Positions 63,556 through 64,000 of a stretch of DNA of 64,000 nucleotides are shown here, piece by piece. This DNA comes from Camelus dromedarius (lineage: Eukaryota), in contig NC_087436.1 of NCBI RefSeq assembly GCF_036321535.1, positions 27,530,001 to 27,594,000 on the forward strand, in the 5' to 3' direction. Positions within the stretch are counted from its first letter, which is position 1; each line of letters begins with the position of its first letter. The notes under the pieces were generated by a model that saw only the letters and a list, made by a program, of their open reading frames with translations, did no database searches and was not told where the DNA came from. Position numbers and translations under genes: made by a program.

Positions 63556-64000
63556 TGTAACAGACACCAGCTGCTTATCTCCTTAAAGAAGAGCAAATGT
63601 GCTTAGTAGGTTTTAGATAGCACTCTGCTCATTGCAAAGTAATGACCAAGGCCGTAGGCTATAAACGATGGGCGTGCCTGCTGTTAGACAGTCTTCTATC
63701 CCCAAAACAGCCTTGGGTTGGAATGCTAAACAAGTTATAAAAAGCTGCAGACTCAGAGGTGAGAAGGCTGGTTAGCCAATGACGGGTAAGATCCCCTGAG
63801 GGGGCAACCTAAGACAGGCACAGCCGCCTGAGTCCAAGAAAAATCTTGTTAAGCAGCTGATTCTTGTATGTTCCGCCCTGATAAGCTGAAAGGCTCAACA
63901 GGAACATGATTTACCAAAACATGAAGGGTCCTCTGACCTTGAGCCAAATACCAACAATAAACAAAGCCTTTGTACTCCTTGTGATCCCGCCCTGTCCTTC
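63556..64000 (+). mobile_element. ERV LTR, 5' part (continues past the window end)
   Basis: Abrupt GC rise starting at TGTAAC; CCAAT motif; shares GCCAATGACGGG with the LTR at 3922; interrupts an L2. Confidence 0.65.

Noticed and set aside
1..64000. CRISPR arrays, rRNA/tRNA genes or prokaryotic systems
   Set aside because: The sequence is mammalian; no repeat-spacer array or structured RNA gene was recognised.

Overview
AT-rich, repeat-dense mammalian DNA. It is probably cetartiodactyl and possibly camelid, inferred from the L1 3' ends and from no obvious Alu, PRE-1, Bov-tA or SINEC elements. No intact protein-coding gene is visible; the longer ORFs in the track are LINE-1 or LINE-2 remnants or chance. 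Repeats include several young 5'-truncated L1s (some with TSDs), an intact ERV1-type solo LTR with a 4-bp TSD, a second LTR running off the right end, two decayed ERVL internal segments, MaLR (MLT1) and ERVL LTRs, L2, MIR and Tigger/hAT relics. The main finding is a chain of about 20 decayed minus-strand exons between ~7.3 kb and ~53.3 kb, possibly extending to ~5.7 kb and ~63 kb. Most have AG/GT splice sites, and intron phases match across several runs of consecutive exons. The spliced translation is full of stops and has some frameshifts, but it repeatedly shows RGS-domain-like motifs. This looks like a long-dead unitary pseudogene of a large multi-RGS-domain gene reminiscent of RGS22/RGSL1. 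The family assignment is by eye, not from a database search. Repeat subfamily names are also recalled by eye and need Dfam/RepeatMasker confirmation.
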